From Aureliella sp. (GTDB lineage Bacteria; Planctomycetota; Planctomycetia; Pirellulales; Pirellulaceae), in contig OY829846.1 of assembly GCA_963691875.1 (NCBI GenBank), positions 1,376,001 to 1,440,000 of the forward strand: 64,000 nt of DNA. The letters run 5' to 3'. Within the stretch, counting starts at the first letter, position 1. Each line of letters starts with the position of its first letter. Shown piece after piece: positions 18,915 through 30,500 of this stretch. The notes beneath the pieces were generated by a model, which saw only the letters and a list, made by a program, of their open reading frames with translations, was not told the origin of the DNA and ran no database searches. The position numbers and the translations under genes are program-made.

Positions 18915-20213
18915 ATGCATTGCTTTGGTAATCAACTGTCCCGACGTAGCATGCTCACGGTTGGAGCCTTCGGCGGGCTGACTTTGGCTGATTTTCTTCG
19001 TGCCCGAAGTGTTCGAGCCGACCAAAAGCACTATGACTTCATTCCGGCTAAAGCAGAGAGTGTAATTCACATTTTCTTGCCCGGCGGAATGGCTCATCAA
19101 GAATCCTTTGATCCTAAGCCCTACAGCCCGCTGGAGTACCGCGGTGAGATGGGAACGATCAAGACGAATACTGGTGAAGTAGTTAGCCAGGCTATTCCTA
19201 AGTTGGCGCAGTGTGCCGACAAATTCACGATCATTCGCTCAATGACCCATGGTGAAGCAGCTCACGAACGTGGCACACACAACATGTTCACAGGCTACAA
19301 ACCGAGTCCTGCCTTGGTCTTCCCGAGCTTCGGTTCGGTGATCAGCCATGAGTACGGTCCGCGCAATAACTTGCCTCCGTACATTTGCATTCCGAATCGT
19401 CCGAATGAGTTTGCTGGTAGCGGCTATTTGAGCAGTTCCTACGGCCCTTTCTCATTGGGTAGTGATCCTGCGAGCGGCGGCTTCAAGGTTCAAGACTTAA
19501 ACATGGCGGGTGGCGTCGACGAGACCCGATTTGCACGTAGACGAGCAGCCCTTGATTCGGTCAATCAATACTTCACCGCGAAGCAGAGTGCTGATTCGGT
19601 GCAAGCCATGGATAGCTTCTACGAACGAGCCTACAGCTTGATCAGCTCTCAGAAGGCGCGGGAAGCGTTCGATCTGAACAAGGAAGATGCCAAGATGCGC
19701 GACCGCTACGGTCGAAATCAAGCTGGGCAGCGATTGCTGTTGTCGAGACGCTTGGTCGAAGCCGGTGCACGTTTTGTCACCATGACCTACGGTGGCTGGG
19801 ACATGCACAATCAGATTACCACCAACTTCAACCAGCAGATGCCGGCCTTGGACCAGGGTCTAAGTGTGTTGCTGAACGACTTAGATTCGCGTGGTCTGCT
19901 CGATACAACATTGGTGATGGTTTCCTCCGAGTTTGGGCGGACCCCGAAGATCAACTCGAACGCGGGTCGCGATCACTGGCCGAAGGTATTCAGCGTGATG
20001 TTGGCCGGTGGCGGTATTAAGCGAGGCAACATTTATGGTGCTTCCGATCCAACGGCAGCCGAGCCTGATTTGGACGCGGTTTCACCAGAGAACCTAGCGA
20101 CAACGATGTACCACTTGCTGGGAATCGTGGCCGATAAGGAACTGATGGCTCCAGGCGATCGTCCGATCGAGATTGTTGACAACGGCAAAGTCATCAAAGA
20201 CCTGCTGGCCTAG
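18915..20213 (+). CDS. DUF1501 domain protein with a Tat signal
   Basis: SRRSML twin-Arg leader; FLPGGMAHQESFDPKP; GWDMH; EFGRTPKIN...GRDHWP; GGAG RBS. Confidence 0.93.
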   Translation: MHCFGNQLSRRSMLTVGAFGGLTLADFLRARSVRADQKHYDFIPAKAESVIHIFLPGGMAHQESFDPKPYSPLEYRGEMGTIKTNTGEVVSQAIPKLAQCADKFTIIRSMTHGEAAHERGTHNMFTGYKPSPALVFPSFGSVISHEYGPRNNLPPYICIPNRPNEFAGSGYLSSSYGPFSLGSDPASGGFKVQDLNMAGGVDETRFARRRAALDSVNQYFTAKQSADSVQAMDSFYERAYSLISSQKAREAFDLNKEDAKMRDRYGRNQAGQRLLLSRRLVEAGARFVTMTYGGWDMHNQITTNFNQQMPALDQGLSVLLNDLDSRGLLDTTLVMVSSEFGRTPKINSNAGRDHWPKVFSVMLAGGGIKRGNIYGASDPTAAEPDLDAVSPENLATTMYHLLGIVADKELMAPGDRPIEIVDNGKVIKDLLA

Positions 20214-20376
20214 CTTCTTTAGGTCTAGCCATTGTTTCCGAGCGCTTCGCCAGTCTTAGCGTTGAATTGTTTGTTGTCCGACTGAGCTGCATTTAGTGGC
20301 ACAGTCGAAGGTAAACCAAGTTTTCTTCCTCCGCTCACGTCTCCCCACTTTATTCATCCTTCCAAAGGAAATTGCT

Positions 20377-22800
20377 GTGCGGTCTTTTACCGTCGGATTG
20401 TCGCTCGCGGCGTGTTTTCTTTCCGTATGCTCGGTTCAGCTGAAAGCCGATCAGCCAACCATCACTACGATTTCTCCTACTGGTTTTCAAAGTGGAACAG
20501 AAGTAGAAGTGGTAATCACCGGCGCACGCCTCTCGGATGCTAAAGAGCTTTTGTTCTACGATCCAGGTGTCGAAGTCAAAGAGTTCAAGGCTGAGGAAAA
20601 TAAAGTCACCGCGAAGGTGAAGATTGCTGCGGACTGCGAGCCAGGTTTGCATGCCATGCGACTTGCTTCAGAAACCGGAATCAGCAACTTGCGTTACTAC
20701 GGTGTTTCTCCGCTTCAGCAGATTGCAGAGAAAGAACCCAATTCAGATTTCAACAACCCTCAACCTGTGCCGCTCAATTCGACAGTGCATGGTATCGTGC
20801 AGACGGAAGACGTTGATTATTACGCGGTCGATTTAACGGAGGGCCAAAAGCTAACGGTCGAGATTGAAGGCCTACGGCTCGGTACCGAATTCTTTGATCC
20901 GTTTGTTGCGATCCTGGATTCAAACCGCTTTGAAGTAGCTCGTAGCGACGATGCTCCATTGCTTCAGCAAGACTGCGTTTGCTCTTACAAAGCGGAAAAG
21001 GCTGGACGCTACATCGTCGAGGTTCGGGAGAGTGCCTTTGGCGGAAACGGTCGCTGTGTTTATCGATTGCACGTCGGCGATTTCCCTCGTCCGATGGCGA
21101 TCACTCCTTCAGGCGGGCGCCCAGGCGAGAAGATTCAGGCTCGGATCGTCGATGCTTCCGGTGATGTATGGACGGAAGAGATTCAATTGCCAGCAGAAAC
21201 AGGAGAGTTCAACTATGTCGCGCAGCGAGATGGCAAGTCAGCTCCATCGCCCAACAAGTTACGCGTGATTGATCTTCCCAACGTAATCGAAAGTCAAGAA
21301 GAAGACCGGAGCAAGCTTATCGCCGCAGAAGGTCCGACCGCTTTTAACGGTGTGCTGGAGAAGGAAGGCGATGTCGACTGGTTCAAGATAAAAGGCAAGA
21401 AGAACCAGACACTGAATTTCAAGGTATACGCTCGCAAGGTTCTGCGTTCACCGCTGGATAGCTGGCTGGAAATCCACAAGTCGACGGGCGGACGTTTAGC
21501 TGCAAATGACGACTCCGGCGGACCGGATAGTTTACAGGCATTCAAGTTCCCGGAGGACGGCGAGTACTTGATCGCGATTCGCGATCAACTTAACGAAGGC
21601 AGCCCAATTCACTCATATCGCATCGAAGTTGCTCCCGGTCAGAAGGGGTTGAGCCTCTCTATCGACGAGCTGACTCGTTACGTTTCTCAGACCGTTGAGG
21701 TCCCACAAGGTGGGCAGATGGCCGTGCTGCTACGAGCCCGCCGCAGCGGCTTTGGTGGTGACCTCGGGCTGCGGATCGAAGGTGGCCCAGCTGGAATTGA
21801 GTTGGTGAATCCAAAGATCGCGGCAAATCAGAGCTACATCCCGATGTTGGTTAAGGCAGCGCCGGACGCACAACCGAATGCGGCACTGGCGGACTTGGTT
21901 GCTGAAACAATGCCTGATGGTGCGGGAGTAAAAGGGCACTTGAGTCAGCGCACGATGCTGGTTCGCGGTCAGAACAATCGTGACATGTGGGGCCACACTG
22001 CCGACAAGCTTTCCGTTGCAGTGACCAAAGAGTTGCCATTCAAGATCGAGCTCGAGCAGCCACAAGTGCCTTTGGTTCGAGGCGGTAGTTCGCATTACGT
22101 CGTGAAGGCGACGCGGAATGAAGGCTACAAAGACGTAATCTACCTACGCGTGCTCTACAATCCATCTGGATGTTCTGCCAGCGGTTCGATTCGCATCGAT
22201 GGGGATAAGACGGAAGCTCGGATCCCTGTGACGGCGAACACTCAGGCCGCAATCGGAAACTACCCAATCACGGTGCTTGCACGTGCAAAGTCGCGTGATG
22301 CTTCGGTGTGGTGCGCGACTGAGTTTATCAATCTAGAAGTCGCCGACTCCTTCTTCAACTTCAAGTTTGACAAAAGTGTTGCGGAAACCGGCGGTTCCGG
22401 AATCGTAGCCGTAGGCGTTGAGGTCAAACGTCCGCCAGAGGGCGAAGTCGAGTTTGAAGTCGTAGGTTTGCCTGCCGGCGTCAAATGCGAAACTCCAAAA
22501 ATCAAAATGACCGAGGGGATGAAGCAAGTGAACTTCCCCTTCACGGTGGATCCTAAGGCTCGCATAGGCCAATTTAAAACTGTTTACATCAACGCCAGAA
22601 TCACGCGCCCAGGCGGAACGATTTTGCAAACCGCTGGCCGAGGCGAAATTCAACTGACTGCTCCTCCACCAGCAGCAACAACAGTTGCAGCCAAACCAGC
22701 TGCCCCGAAGGCCAAGCCGGCCGCCCCTACTGCCAAACCGCTCAGTCGCCTGGAACAACTCCGTCAAGCGAAGGGTCTATTGGAAGGCTCACAGCAATGA
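20377..22800 (+). CDS. Secreted PPC (pre-peptidase C-terminal) repeat protein
   Basis: Signal peptide; EKEPNSD, EDVDYY, GDVDWF and NDDSGGPDS PPC-type motifs; Ala/Pro/Lys tail; no protease triad recognised. Confidence 0.85.
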   Translation: MRSFTVGLSLAACFLSVCSVQLKADQPTITTISPTGFQSGTEVEVVITGARLSDAKELLFYDPGVEVKEFKAEENKVTAKVKIAADCEPGLHAMRLASETGISNLRYYGVSPLQQIAEKEPNSDFNNPQPVPLNSTVHGIVQTEDVDYYAVDLTEGQKLTVEIEGLRLGTEFFDPFVAILDSNRFEVARSDDAPLLQQDCVCSYKAEKAGRYIVEVRESAFGGNGRCVYRLHVGDFPRPMAITPSGGRPGEKIQARIVDASGDVWTEEIQLPAETGEFNYVAQRDGKSAPSPNKLRVIDLPNVIESQEEDRSKLIAAEGPTAFNGVLEKEGDVDWFKIKGKKNQTLNFKVYARKVLRSPLDSWLEIHKSTGGRLAANDDSGGPDSLQAFKFPEDGEYLIAIRDQLNEGSPIHSYRIEVAPGQKGLSLSIDELTRYVSQTVEVPQGGQMAVLLRARRSGFGGDLGLRIEGGPAGIELVNPKIAANQSYIPMLVKAAPDAQPNAALADLVAETMPDGAGVKGHLSQRTMLVRGQNNRDMWGHTADKLSVAVTKELPFKIELEQPQVPLVRGGSSHYVVKATRNEGYKDVIYLRVLYNPSGCSASGSIRIDGDKTEARIPVTANTQAAIGNYPITVLARAKSRDASVWCATEFINLEVADSFFNFKFDKSVAETGGSGIVAVGVEVKRPPEGEVEFEVVGLPAGVKCETPKIKMTEGMKQVNFPFTVDPKARIGQFKTVYINARITRPGGTILQTAGRGEIQLTAPPPAATTVAAKPAAPKAKPAAPTAKPLSRLEQLRQAKGLLEGSQQ

Positions 22801-25268
22801 TGCACTACCTGCCAACCACTCACTTCAAACTTACCAAAGCTACTATGCAACGATTCATCCAGACTCTCAGTCTAGCGATAGCCACATTTGCTGCTTCGGC
22901 CCTGGTCTCCGCTGAAGAGTGGAGGTCCATTGCGGTTTACCCGAATGAAATCAAGCTGAAGGGTTCGGCTGATTTTCAGTCCTTCATCGCCATTGCACAG
23001 CGAGCCGACGGTGTAACGCAAGATGTGACCGAGAAGGTACAGTGGTCGCTCGCCGACGCGAATCTTGCAGAACTGCGTGAGTTCAAGCTGCACCCGAAGG
23101 CCGATGGTACGACTGACTTGAAAGCAACCTGGAACGGCCTCGAAGCAGGAGCTTCTGTCGAGGTTGCGGGTGCGACAGCACAGAAGCCAGTGAGCTTCCA
23201 TTTGGATGTGATGCCGGTGATGACGCGGGTGGGGTGCAATACAGGTTCATGTCATGGTGCAGCCCGTGGAAAAGACGGTTTTCGACTTTCGCTTTTCGGA
23301 TTCGATCCAGTCGGTGACTATCAAAGAATTACTCGTGAAATCGGAATCCGCCGCATCAACTTGGCGCGTCCTGAGCAAAGTCTGATTTACCTGAAGGCCG
23401 TCGGCGGTGTACCTCACTCGGGTGGTAAGCGAATGGAACCCGACAGTGTTTACGCGAAAACGCTTCTGGATTGGCTTAAGGCTGATGCCGAGATCGATCC
23501 GGAAACTCCACCAACTTGTACGAAGGTTGAGCTGTTTCCGCGCCAAGCGGTTCTGGAGGGCGAAGGAGCAACCCAGCGAATGGTCGCCGTGGCCTACTTT
23601 AGCGACGGAACTACGCGGGACGTAACGAACTTAGCTGCTTTCACGACAAATAACGAACGTACTGCCGCTGTAACAGATCTCGGTGCGATCACTGCCGGAG
23701 TGCGTGGCGAAGCCTTTGTGATGGCACGTTTCGATACTCATACTGTGGGTTCTCAAATTCTGGCTTTGCCCAAGGACTTGCAATACTCCGCGCCAGAGAT
23801 CGCAGGCAACTATATCGATCGGCATGTAGGCAACAAACTCAATCAGCTGCGGATCTTGCCAAGTGGCATTTGCTCTGACGAGGAGTTTTTGCGGCGTACG
23901 ACGATCGACATAGTGGGCATGCTGCCTACAGAGGAGGAGTATCACGCCTTCATAGATGATCCTGCTCCCAACAAGCGTGAGAAGCTGGTGAACCGTCTTT
24001 TGGAGCGTAAGGAGTTTAGTGAAATCTGGGCTATGAAGTGGGCCCAATTGTTGATGGTTAAGAGTAACAACCAGGTTAGCTATAAAGCAGCGTTCCAGTA
24101 CTCGAGTTGGCTGACCAACAAGTTGGCCGCAGAAACTCCAATTGACGAGATCGTTCGTGACTTAGTCGCGTCTAATGGTGGTGTATTTGAGCAGCCTGCA
24201 ACGAACTTCTATCAAGTCGAACGGGACACGCTTAAAACAGCCGAAAACGTGGCTCAAGTGTTCATGGGCATTCGCACCCAATGTGCTCAGTGCCACAATC
24301 ATCCGTTCGATCGATGGACCATGGACGATTACTACGGTTTCGCATCCTTTTTCTCGCAGATTGGTCGCAAGACCGGCGAGGACTACCGCGAGATCATTGT
24401 CTACAACCGAGGTGGCGGTGAGGTGAATCACCCTGTGACGAAGAAGCCTGTGGCACCCACATTCCTCGGCGGACCGAAGCCCGAGACAAAGGGTAAGGAT
24501 CGCCGGGCAGTCTTGGCAGAGTGGATCACGAGCCCCGAGAATCCATACTTTGCGACGAGTATTGCAAATCGTGTTTGGGCTCATTTCATGGGCAATGGAA
24601 TCGTCGAACCAGTTGATGATATTCGAGTCAGCAATCCTCCCAGCAACCCTGCTCTCTTTGATGAGCTTGGAACTAAATTGACCAGCTACAAATTTGATCT
24701 GAAACAACTGGTGCGTGACATTTGCAGCTCGCAGGCCTATCAGCGAAGTACGATGCCTAATGAATCGAACAAGTTGGATACTCGCAACTACGCTTATGCA
24801 CAGGTCAGACGTATTCCGGCCGAAATGCTCTTGGACTGCATTACACAAGCAACTTTGACCAAAGATAAATTCCGCGGTCTCCCACTTGGTGCTCGGGCTG
24901 TACAAATTGCGGACGGCCAAACAAGCACCTACTTCCTGAACACTTTCGGGCGATCGCCTCGTACAACGGTCTGCGATTGTGAAGCCAGCACTGATCCTTC
25001 GTTGTCGCAAGCACTGCATTTGCTGAACGGTAGCACAACCACTGGCAAAATTGCTCAGGGTAAGTTGGTGCAAACTTGGCTGGAGCAAGGGGCAACCGTG
25101 CCGGAAGTAATTGCTCGTATCTACATTCGCAGTCTTTCTAGGATACCAACTGAAGCTGAAACGAATTCGCTAGCTAAAATGGTAGCGGAGGCCGGCGACA
25201 AGCGAGTTGGCCTCGAAGACGCGTTTTGGGCAGTGCTCAACAGTCGCGAATTTATGTTCAATCATTAA
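22797..25268 (+). CDS. Ig-like plus DUF1549/DUF1553 protein
   Basis: Ig-like (Big_2-type) segments; GCNTGSCHG; FLRRTTIDIVG; CAQCHNHPFDRW; NPYFA...NRVW; NSREFMFNH. Confidence 0.92.
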   Translation: MMHYLPTTHFKLTKATMQRFIQTLSLAIATFAASALVSAEEWRSIAVYPNEIKLKGSADFQSFIAIAQRADGVTQDVTEKVQWSLADANLAELREFKLHPKADGTTDLKATWNGLEAGASVEVAGATAQKPVSFHLDVMPVMTRVGCNTGSCHGAARGKDGFRLSLFGFDPVGDYQRITREIGIRRINLARPEQSLIYLKAVGGVPHSGGKRMEPDSVYAKTLLDWLKADAEIDPETPPTCTKVELFPRQAVLEGEGATQRMVAVAYFSDGTTRDVTNLAAFTTNNERTAAVTDLGAITAGVRGEAFVMARFDTHTVGSQILALPKDLQYSAPEIAGNYIDRHVGNKLNQLRILPSGICSDEEFLRRTTIDIVGMLPTEEEYHAFIDDPAPNKREKLVNRLLERKEFSEIWAMKWAQLLMVKSNNQVSYKAAFQYSSWLTNKLAAETPIDEIVRDLVASNGGVFEQPATNFYQVERDTLKTAENVAQVFMGIRTQCAQCHNHPFDRWTMDDYYGFASFFSQIGRKTGEDYREIIVYNRGGGEVNHPVTKKPVAPTFLGGPKPETKGKDRRAVLAEWITSPENPYFATSIANRVWAHFMGNGIVEPVDDIRVSNPPSNPALFDELGTKLTSYKFDLKQLVRDICSSQAYQRSTMPNESNKLDTRNYAYAQVRRIPAEMLLDCITQATLTKDKFRGLPLGARAVQIADGQTSTYFLNTFGRSPRTTVCDCEASTDPSLSQALHLLNGSTTTGKIAQGKLVQTWLEQGATVPEVIARIYIRSLSRIPTEAETNSLAKMVAEAGDKRVGLEDAFWAVLNSREFMFNH

Positions 25269-25333
25269 GTCAGTGCGGGAGCGCTGAGACTTAAACTCTA
25301 AACCATATGATACATTTTTGAACTCTGATTCTG

Positions 25334-27556
25334 GTGATAGCGATGCGCGTCTCCTTTTGGATTCTTCCCCTTGCTTTGTTTAGTAGCGGCTTATTGGCAC
25401 AGGATACGGCCAAGCAGGAAAAGAAGATCACTTTCGAAGAACACATCAAACCGATCTTTCGGGAACACTGTACGGTTTGCCACAGTGAGAGTGACAAAGA
25501 ATCTGATCTCGCTTTGGACACCTATGGCGCAACTCTTGCCGGTGGTTCCTCTGGGCCTGCGGTAAAGGAAGGCGATCCGGATGGCTCAAGACTCTACGCC
25601 TTGGTCACACACGCGGAACGTCCCTTCATGCCGCCGGATGAAGATGCGATGGCGAAGGAGAAACTGGATCTGATCAAGACTTGGATCTCGCAAGGGATGC
25701 CTGAGAACTCTGGCAGCAAGATCAAACGTTTCAATACCGCTGCAGCGGCGATGTTGACAAGCGGCGGAATAGGCAAACCCGACGGCCCACCGCCGATGCC
25801 AGAGTCTGTTCTCAAACAGACAGTAACCGAGACGGCTCGCAGTTCGGCGATTTCTGCCATCGCGGCAAGCCCCTGGGCTCCACTCATCGCCGTTGGTGGA
25901 CAGCTACAAGTCAGCTTGTACCATGCGGCCAGTGGGGAGTTGTTGGGTGTGATTCCTTTTCCAGAAGGTGAAGCACAATCGCTAACATTCACTCGCGACG
26001 GCAAACAACTGCTGATCGGCGGTGGCCAACACAGCCACAGCGGCTGTGCGGTTCTTGTCGATATCGCAACGGGCAAGAGAATCACCAAAGTTGGTGACGA
26101 ACTAGATATCGTAATGGCGGCCGATATCACCTCGGACAAAAAGCGAATTGCGATTGCCGGGCCGCAAAAGATTGTTCGCATTTACGATTCGATCAGTGGC
26201 GAGAAAGTCTTGGAACTCAAGAAGCACACAGACTGGATTTTCGCGCTGCGTTACTCTCCAGATGGCGTTCTTCTGGCAAGTGGTGATCGCAGCAACGGAT
26301 TGATTGTCTGGGAAGCAGATACTGGAAATCTCTATTCGCAGCTCAATGGCCACCGTGGCCAGATACGAAGCGTCGATTTTCGTGCGGACTCAAACGTGCT
26401 CGCTTCTGCAAGTTTGGATGGAACCGTCAAGTTGTGGGACATGCTTGAAAGCAAGCAGATCAAGTCCTGGAATGCTCATGGTGGTGGAACCACCGCTGTT
26501 TGTTACACGAACAATGGTATGCTCGCGACGGCAGGTAAAGATACTCGTGTTAAGCTCTGGGATGGAAATGGTGGCCTTAAGGGTGACTTCAAGGGACTTG
26601 GAGCACCCGCTCTGGAAGTGGCTGTTACCGGTGACGCAGCGTATCTAGCTGGCGGTGATTGGAACGGCTCAGTGAATCTCTGGGCTGCCGCTGATCCTGC
26701 CAAGAATCGTTTCATTGCAGCGAATCCCCCATCCATCGAAACGCGTCTGCAGCAAGCGAACGCCAATTTGACTCAGGCGAAGGCGGATTTTGCTGGTGTG
26801 CAGCAAACTGCTCAGCAATCCTCTCAAGCTGCGGAGGCAGCGGCGACCGAGCTGACGAATGCACAGAACAATTCGAAGTCGTTGTCTGATCAGCTCGGCA
26901 AGGCTCAAGCAACACAGAAAGATTTGCAAAACAAAGTCGGGACCATGGATGCTGAGATCACGCAGCTCGAAGCGCAGCTTGCTGCTTTGAAAGCTAATCG
27001 CCAGAAGGCTGGGCAGAATCTCGGGCAAACAGCCGCTTCGGTCACAGATTTGACTCAAAAGGCGACTGCGGCGACTGCAGCCTTGGCTGCTGCGACGAAA
27101 TCCAAGGCAGAGAAAGCGAAAGCTGCTGCTGCTTCGGCCGAGCAGCTAAAGTCGGCTCAAGGAAAGTTGGCCGCCGCAGAAGCCGCGGCTCAAAAGGCTG
27201 CGAAGGAGAAGGCAGAGTTGGACACTTTAGCGACCAACTTGAGGAAGGCGGCGACAAACGCCACGACCAAATCTACCACGCTAGAGACTCAAGTAGCTGC
27301 CGCGGTGAATGCACAGGCTACCCAGGAAAGCACCACAAATAATGCGACCCAGAAGCTCGCTGCACTTCAGGCTGAGATGGAGGCATTGAAGCACCGGATC
27401 GCGGCGGCCGATAAGATTCGCAACAATGCGGAGACGAATCTGAAGACAAAACGTCAGGCAGCCGCAGAACTGCAGAAGCAACTTGATACAGCACAGCAAG
27501 CGGCATTAGACGCCAAGGAACAGCTTGAGCTGTTTGAAAAGTCTTACAAAAAGTAA
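25334..27556 (+). CDS. Planctomycete cytochrome c, WD40 propeller and coiled-coil tail protein
   Basis: CTVCH...MPP; WD repeats (HTDWIFALRYSPDG, GHRGQIRSV...KLWD); Ala/Gln/Lys heptad-rich C-terminus. Confidence 0.9.
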   Translation: MIAMRVSFWILPLALFSSGLLAQDTAKQEKKITFEEHIKPIFREHCTVCHSESDKESDLALDTYGATLAGGSSGPAVKEGDPDGSRLYALVTHAERPFMPPDEDAMAKEKLDLIKTWISQGMPENSGSKIKRFNTAAAAMLTSGGIGKPDGPPPMPESVLKQTVTETARSSAISAIAASPWAPLIAVGGQLQVSLYHAASGELLGVIPFPEGEAQSLTFTRDGKQLLIGGGQHSHSGCAVLVDIATGKRITKVGDELDIVMAADITSDKKRIAIAGPQKIVRIYDSISGEKVLELKKHTDWIFALRYSPDGVLLASGDRSNGLIVWEADTGNLYSQLNGHRGQIRSVDFRADSNVLASASLDGTVKLWDMLESKQIKSWNAHGGGTTAVCYTNNGMLATAGKDTRVKLWDGNGGLKGDFKGLGAPALEVAVTGDAAYLAGGDWNGSVNLWAAADPAKNRFIAANPPSIETRLQQANANLTQAKADFAGVQQTAQQSSQAAEAAATELTNAQNNSKSLSDQLGKAQATQKDLQNKVGTMDAEITQLEAQLAALKANRQKAGQNLGQTAASVTDLTQKATAATAALAAATKSKAEKAKAAAASAEQLKSAQGKLAAAEAAAQKAAKEKAELDTLATNLRKAATNATTKSTTLETQVAAAVNAQATQESTTNNATQKLAALQAEMEALKHRIAAADKIRNNAETNLKTKRQAAAELQKQLDTAQQAALDAKEQLELFEKSYKK

Positions 27557-27578
27557 GCTCGAATCTGCTAATGAATTG

Positions 27579-30500
27579 TTAGTGTTCCGAGAGCAGTTTC
27601 TCTGCCCAGTCTGCCATTGCGGATGCAACAGCTTCCAGAGTTGCGGAGTTTCCTTGCAGCTCTTCGCGTTGTTCATCCTTAGCGAAGTTTTCTAATTGTT
27701 CGGCAAAACTTGCTATGCGCAGCAATCGGACGTGTCGCGCGTTACTCTTTAAAGTGTGGACCGCACGACGCACTTCGCTAAATTTTTCCTCTTCCAAGTT
27801 CTCTTCAAACATACGCCCGAGTCTGGGAGCTTCAGAGAGAAGCAAGGTAAGAACGTCTCTGGCCAAATTCTCGTTTTGGTTCATCGATGCAACCAAGGTT
27901 TCCCAGTCGGGTGCGTCTTCAAGGGCGCGATCAATAGAGAATCCCGCTTCTTCATTTATCAGCGACTCGTAGTATAACGCTGTTTTATCGTCTTCTCTGG
28001 CCGGAGATTCGATGGCATTGGTTTCCAGAGCTTCCTCCCGGCTGTACGAGTAAACAGGGCCCCTCAGATCGGATTCATCTAAGAATAGAGTCTCGCCATT
28101 CAACGCTAGGTTGACTGCCATTGCGAGAAGATCGAGAGAGATGGGTTTTACCAAGAAGCCTTCCATTCCCGCTTCTTCGCAACTGGTACGATCGGCAGCC
28201 GTCGCATGGGCCGTCAATGCGCAAATTTTTTGACGACGCCCTAACCCTGATTCGGCAGCTCGGATCTGCGCGGTTGCTTCTAGCCCATCAACGTCGGGCA
28301 TTTGGATATCCATGAGCACGAGGTCGAAAAGTTTTTGAGAGCAAGCCGCGACGGCGGCACGGCCATTGCTAGCCAATTTCACTTGATGCCCAAGTCCCTC
28401 TAGCATATCCCGTAGAACGGTTTGGCTAATGGGACTATCTTCAACGAGCAAAATATCTGCCGTTCGCCCAAAAGCGATGGAGTCCTCCAGAGTGTCCTCA
28501 AAATTTGATTTCGCAGGCGACAAGGTCTGGATGAGTTCCTGTTGACGGATCGGGCGAGTGAGCCAGGAGACATTCGCATACTGCAACCAGGTGGGCATAA
28601 CTTGTGGTGCCTCTTGGCCAAGCAGGGAAAGCAAGACGAGTTTTGGAACCACAGGAAGGCTGACTTGTTCTCTTTCGTTGAGTTCAGCAAAATCGGCAAA
28701 GACAACACTGGTGTTTCCTGCAGCGAAGAGCTCGGCCGGTTCGCGCGCAAGAAGTTGGTCGGTCGTAATAGCAGTAATTTGGGGGCCGAGACGCGACACC
28801 TGATCACATAGAACTTCGCGCCAGTCGGATGGATCAGCCGCTACAATGATTTGTTCTGATATTAACGGCGGTGTTTGCGACGAGGCCTGACTTGAGTCAA
28901 GGGGGAAAGTCAGTTCAAAGAAAAAGCAGCTTCCTTGTTTGACTTTTCCAGAGAGTTCTTGCGCATCGCTGACTCCTATTAGTCCCCCCATTTTGTTGAC
29001 GAGATCTCGGCAAATGGTCAGTCCAAGGCCAGTCCCGCCATACCGTCGAGTCGTACTGCTATCGGCTTGGCGAAAGGCTTCAAAGATCATTCGGCGTTTT
29101 TCTTGCTGAATGCCAATTCCACTATCGTGAACTTCAAAACGCAGACGCACTACTTCATCGAGTTTGGAATTCCCAGGTGTAACGCGAGATGAGTTTTCGC
29201 CCTCAGGGTCCAGCTTTCGAACAGCGATGCGAATACTGCCACGTTCCGTGAACTTGATCGCATTTCCCACAAGATTCAGAATAATCTGCTGAATGCGATG
29301 CGGATCCCCAATCAAGTTGGCATGAATATCTGGATCGAACTGCGTGATGAGTTCTAGGCCCTTGAACTGTGCTCTAGCGGCCAACGCGTTAATGGGCTCT
29401 TCAACACTCCCGATCACGTTGAAGGGAACTTCTTCAATCTCAATATGTCCGGCTTCGATTTTTGAGAAGTCCAGCAAGTCATCGATTAGAGTCAGCAAAT
29501 TACTCGCAGAAACCCGAGCAAGATTCAGGTACTCCCGTTGCCGTTCATCCAGTCGTCCACCGCGATCGAGAAGTTCGTGAAGGCCGATAATTCCTGTAAG
29601 TGGCGTGCGGAGTTCGTGGCTGACATTAGCGACGAACTCACTCTTCGCTGCATTAGCCTGTTCAGCCGCCTCTTTTGCATTTAGCAATTCTGCTTCTGCC
29701 GCTTTGCGCCTTGTAATATCGCGCAGAACGATTGCCCAGCCTTGAGAGCCATCAACGTCCAGTGGGTGAGTAGAGATTTCACCATCAAACCACTCGTTGT
29801 TGCTTCGTCGCATTTTGACTTCAATCCGTTTCCCCCTTGCGGACTTAAGTAAGTCGCCGAGGGGCATTTTCCTGCGATAAAGATCGGGAGACTCAACGTC
29901 CGAGGCACGTTGCCCTTTCTCCTCGACAGAGCTTTCGATGATGGCCCCAAGGGGTGGGTGCAAGTCAACTTCTGCTTGGGAGTAGCCCAAGATTTTCTGC
30001 GAAGCTGGATTCGAGTCGAGAACGAAGCCATCTGGATCGACGACGAGCACGGCATCTAAAGCAGCATTGATCAAGGCTCGGGCCAGCTCTTCGCTCCGGT
30101 GTAGTTCCTCACGTGCGAGATGCTCCTCCGTAATGTCCCAGAAAATAACCTGGACCCCCACGACGTTGCCTTCGGGATCACGAAGCGGCGCCTTCCGCAC
30201 TTGCATGTAGCTTGTTTTGCCGTTCAGTTCCGCCTTCTCAATGTCGTTAAATATGGCCCCAGCCTGAACCACTCGCTTATCATCCGAGACGAACTTTGCC
30301 GCAGACTCATCTGGAAACAAATCGTAGTCGGTGCTGCCTATGACCTCTTCGAAGGGGCGGTCAATCAGTTTACAGAACGACTTGGTCGCAAATAGAAACC
30401 TTCCGTCGACGTCTTTATGCACCACGTGAACGGGCAAGTGTTCCAGTAATGTACGTCGGTCAGATTCGATCTGAGCTACTGTGCGCGCGGTTGACTCGTG

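Noticed and set aside
24162..25088. 308-aa minus-strand ORF
   Set aside because: Antisense shadow of the DUF1549/DUF1553 gene with no motifs; the same applies to most short ORFs overlapping well-supported genes.
26760..27540. Ala-rich repetitive DNA as a tandem repeat or phage tape-measure fragment
   Set aside because: In-frame coiled-coil tail of the WD40 protein; no discrete nucleotide repeat unit and no phage genes.
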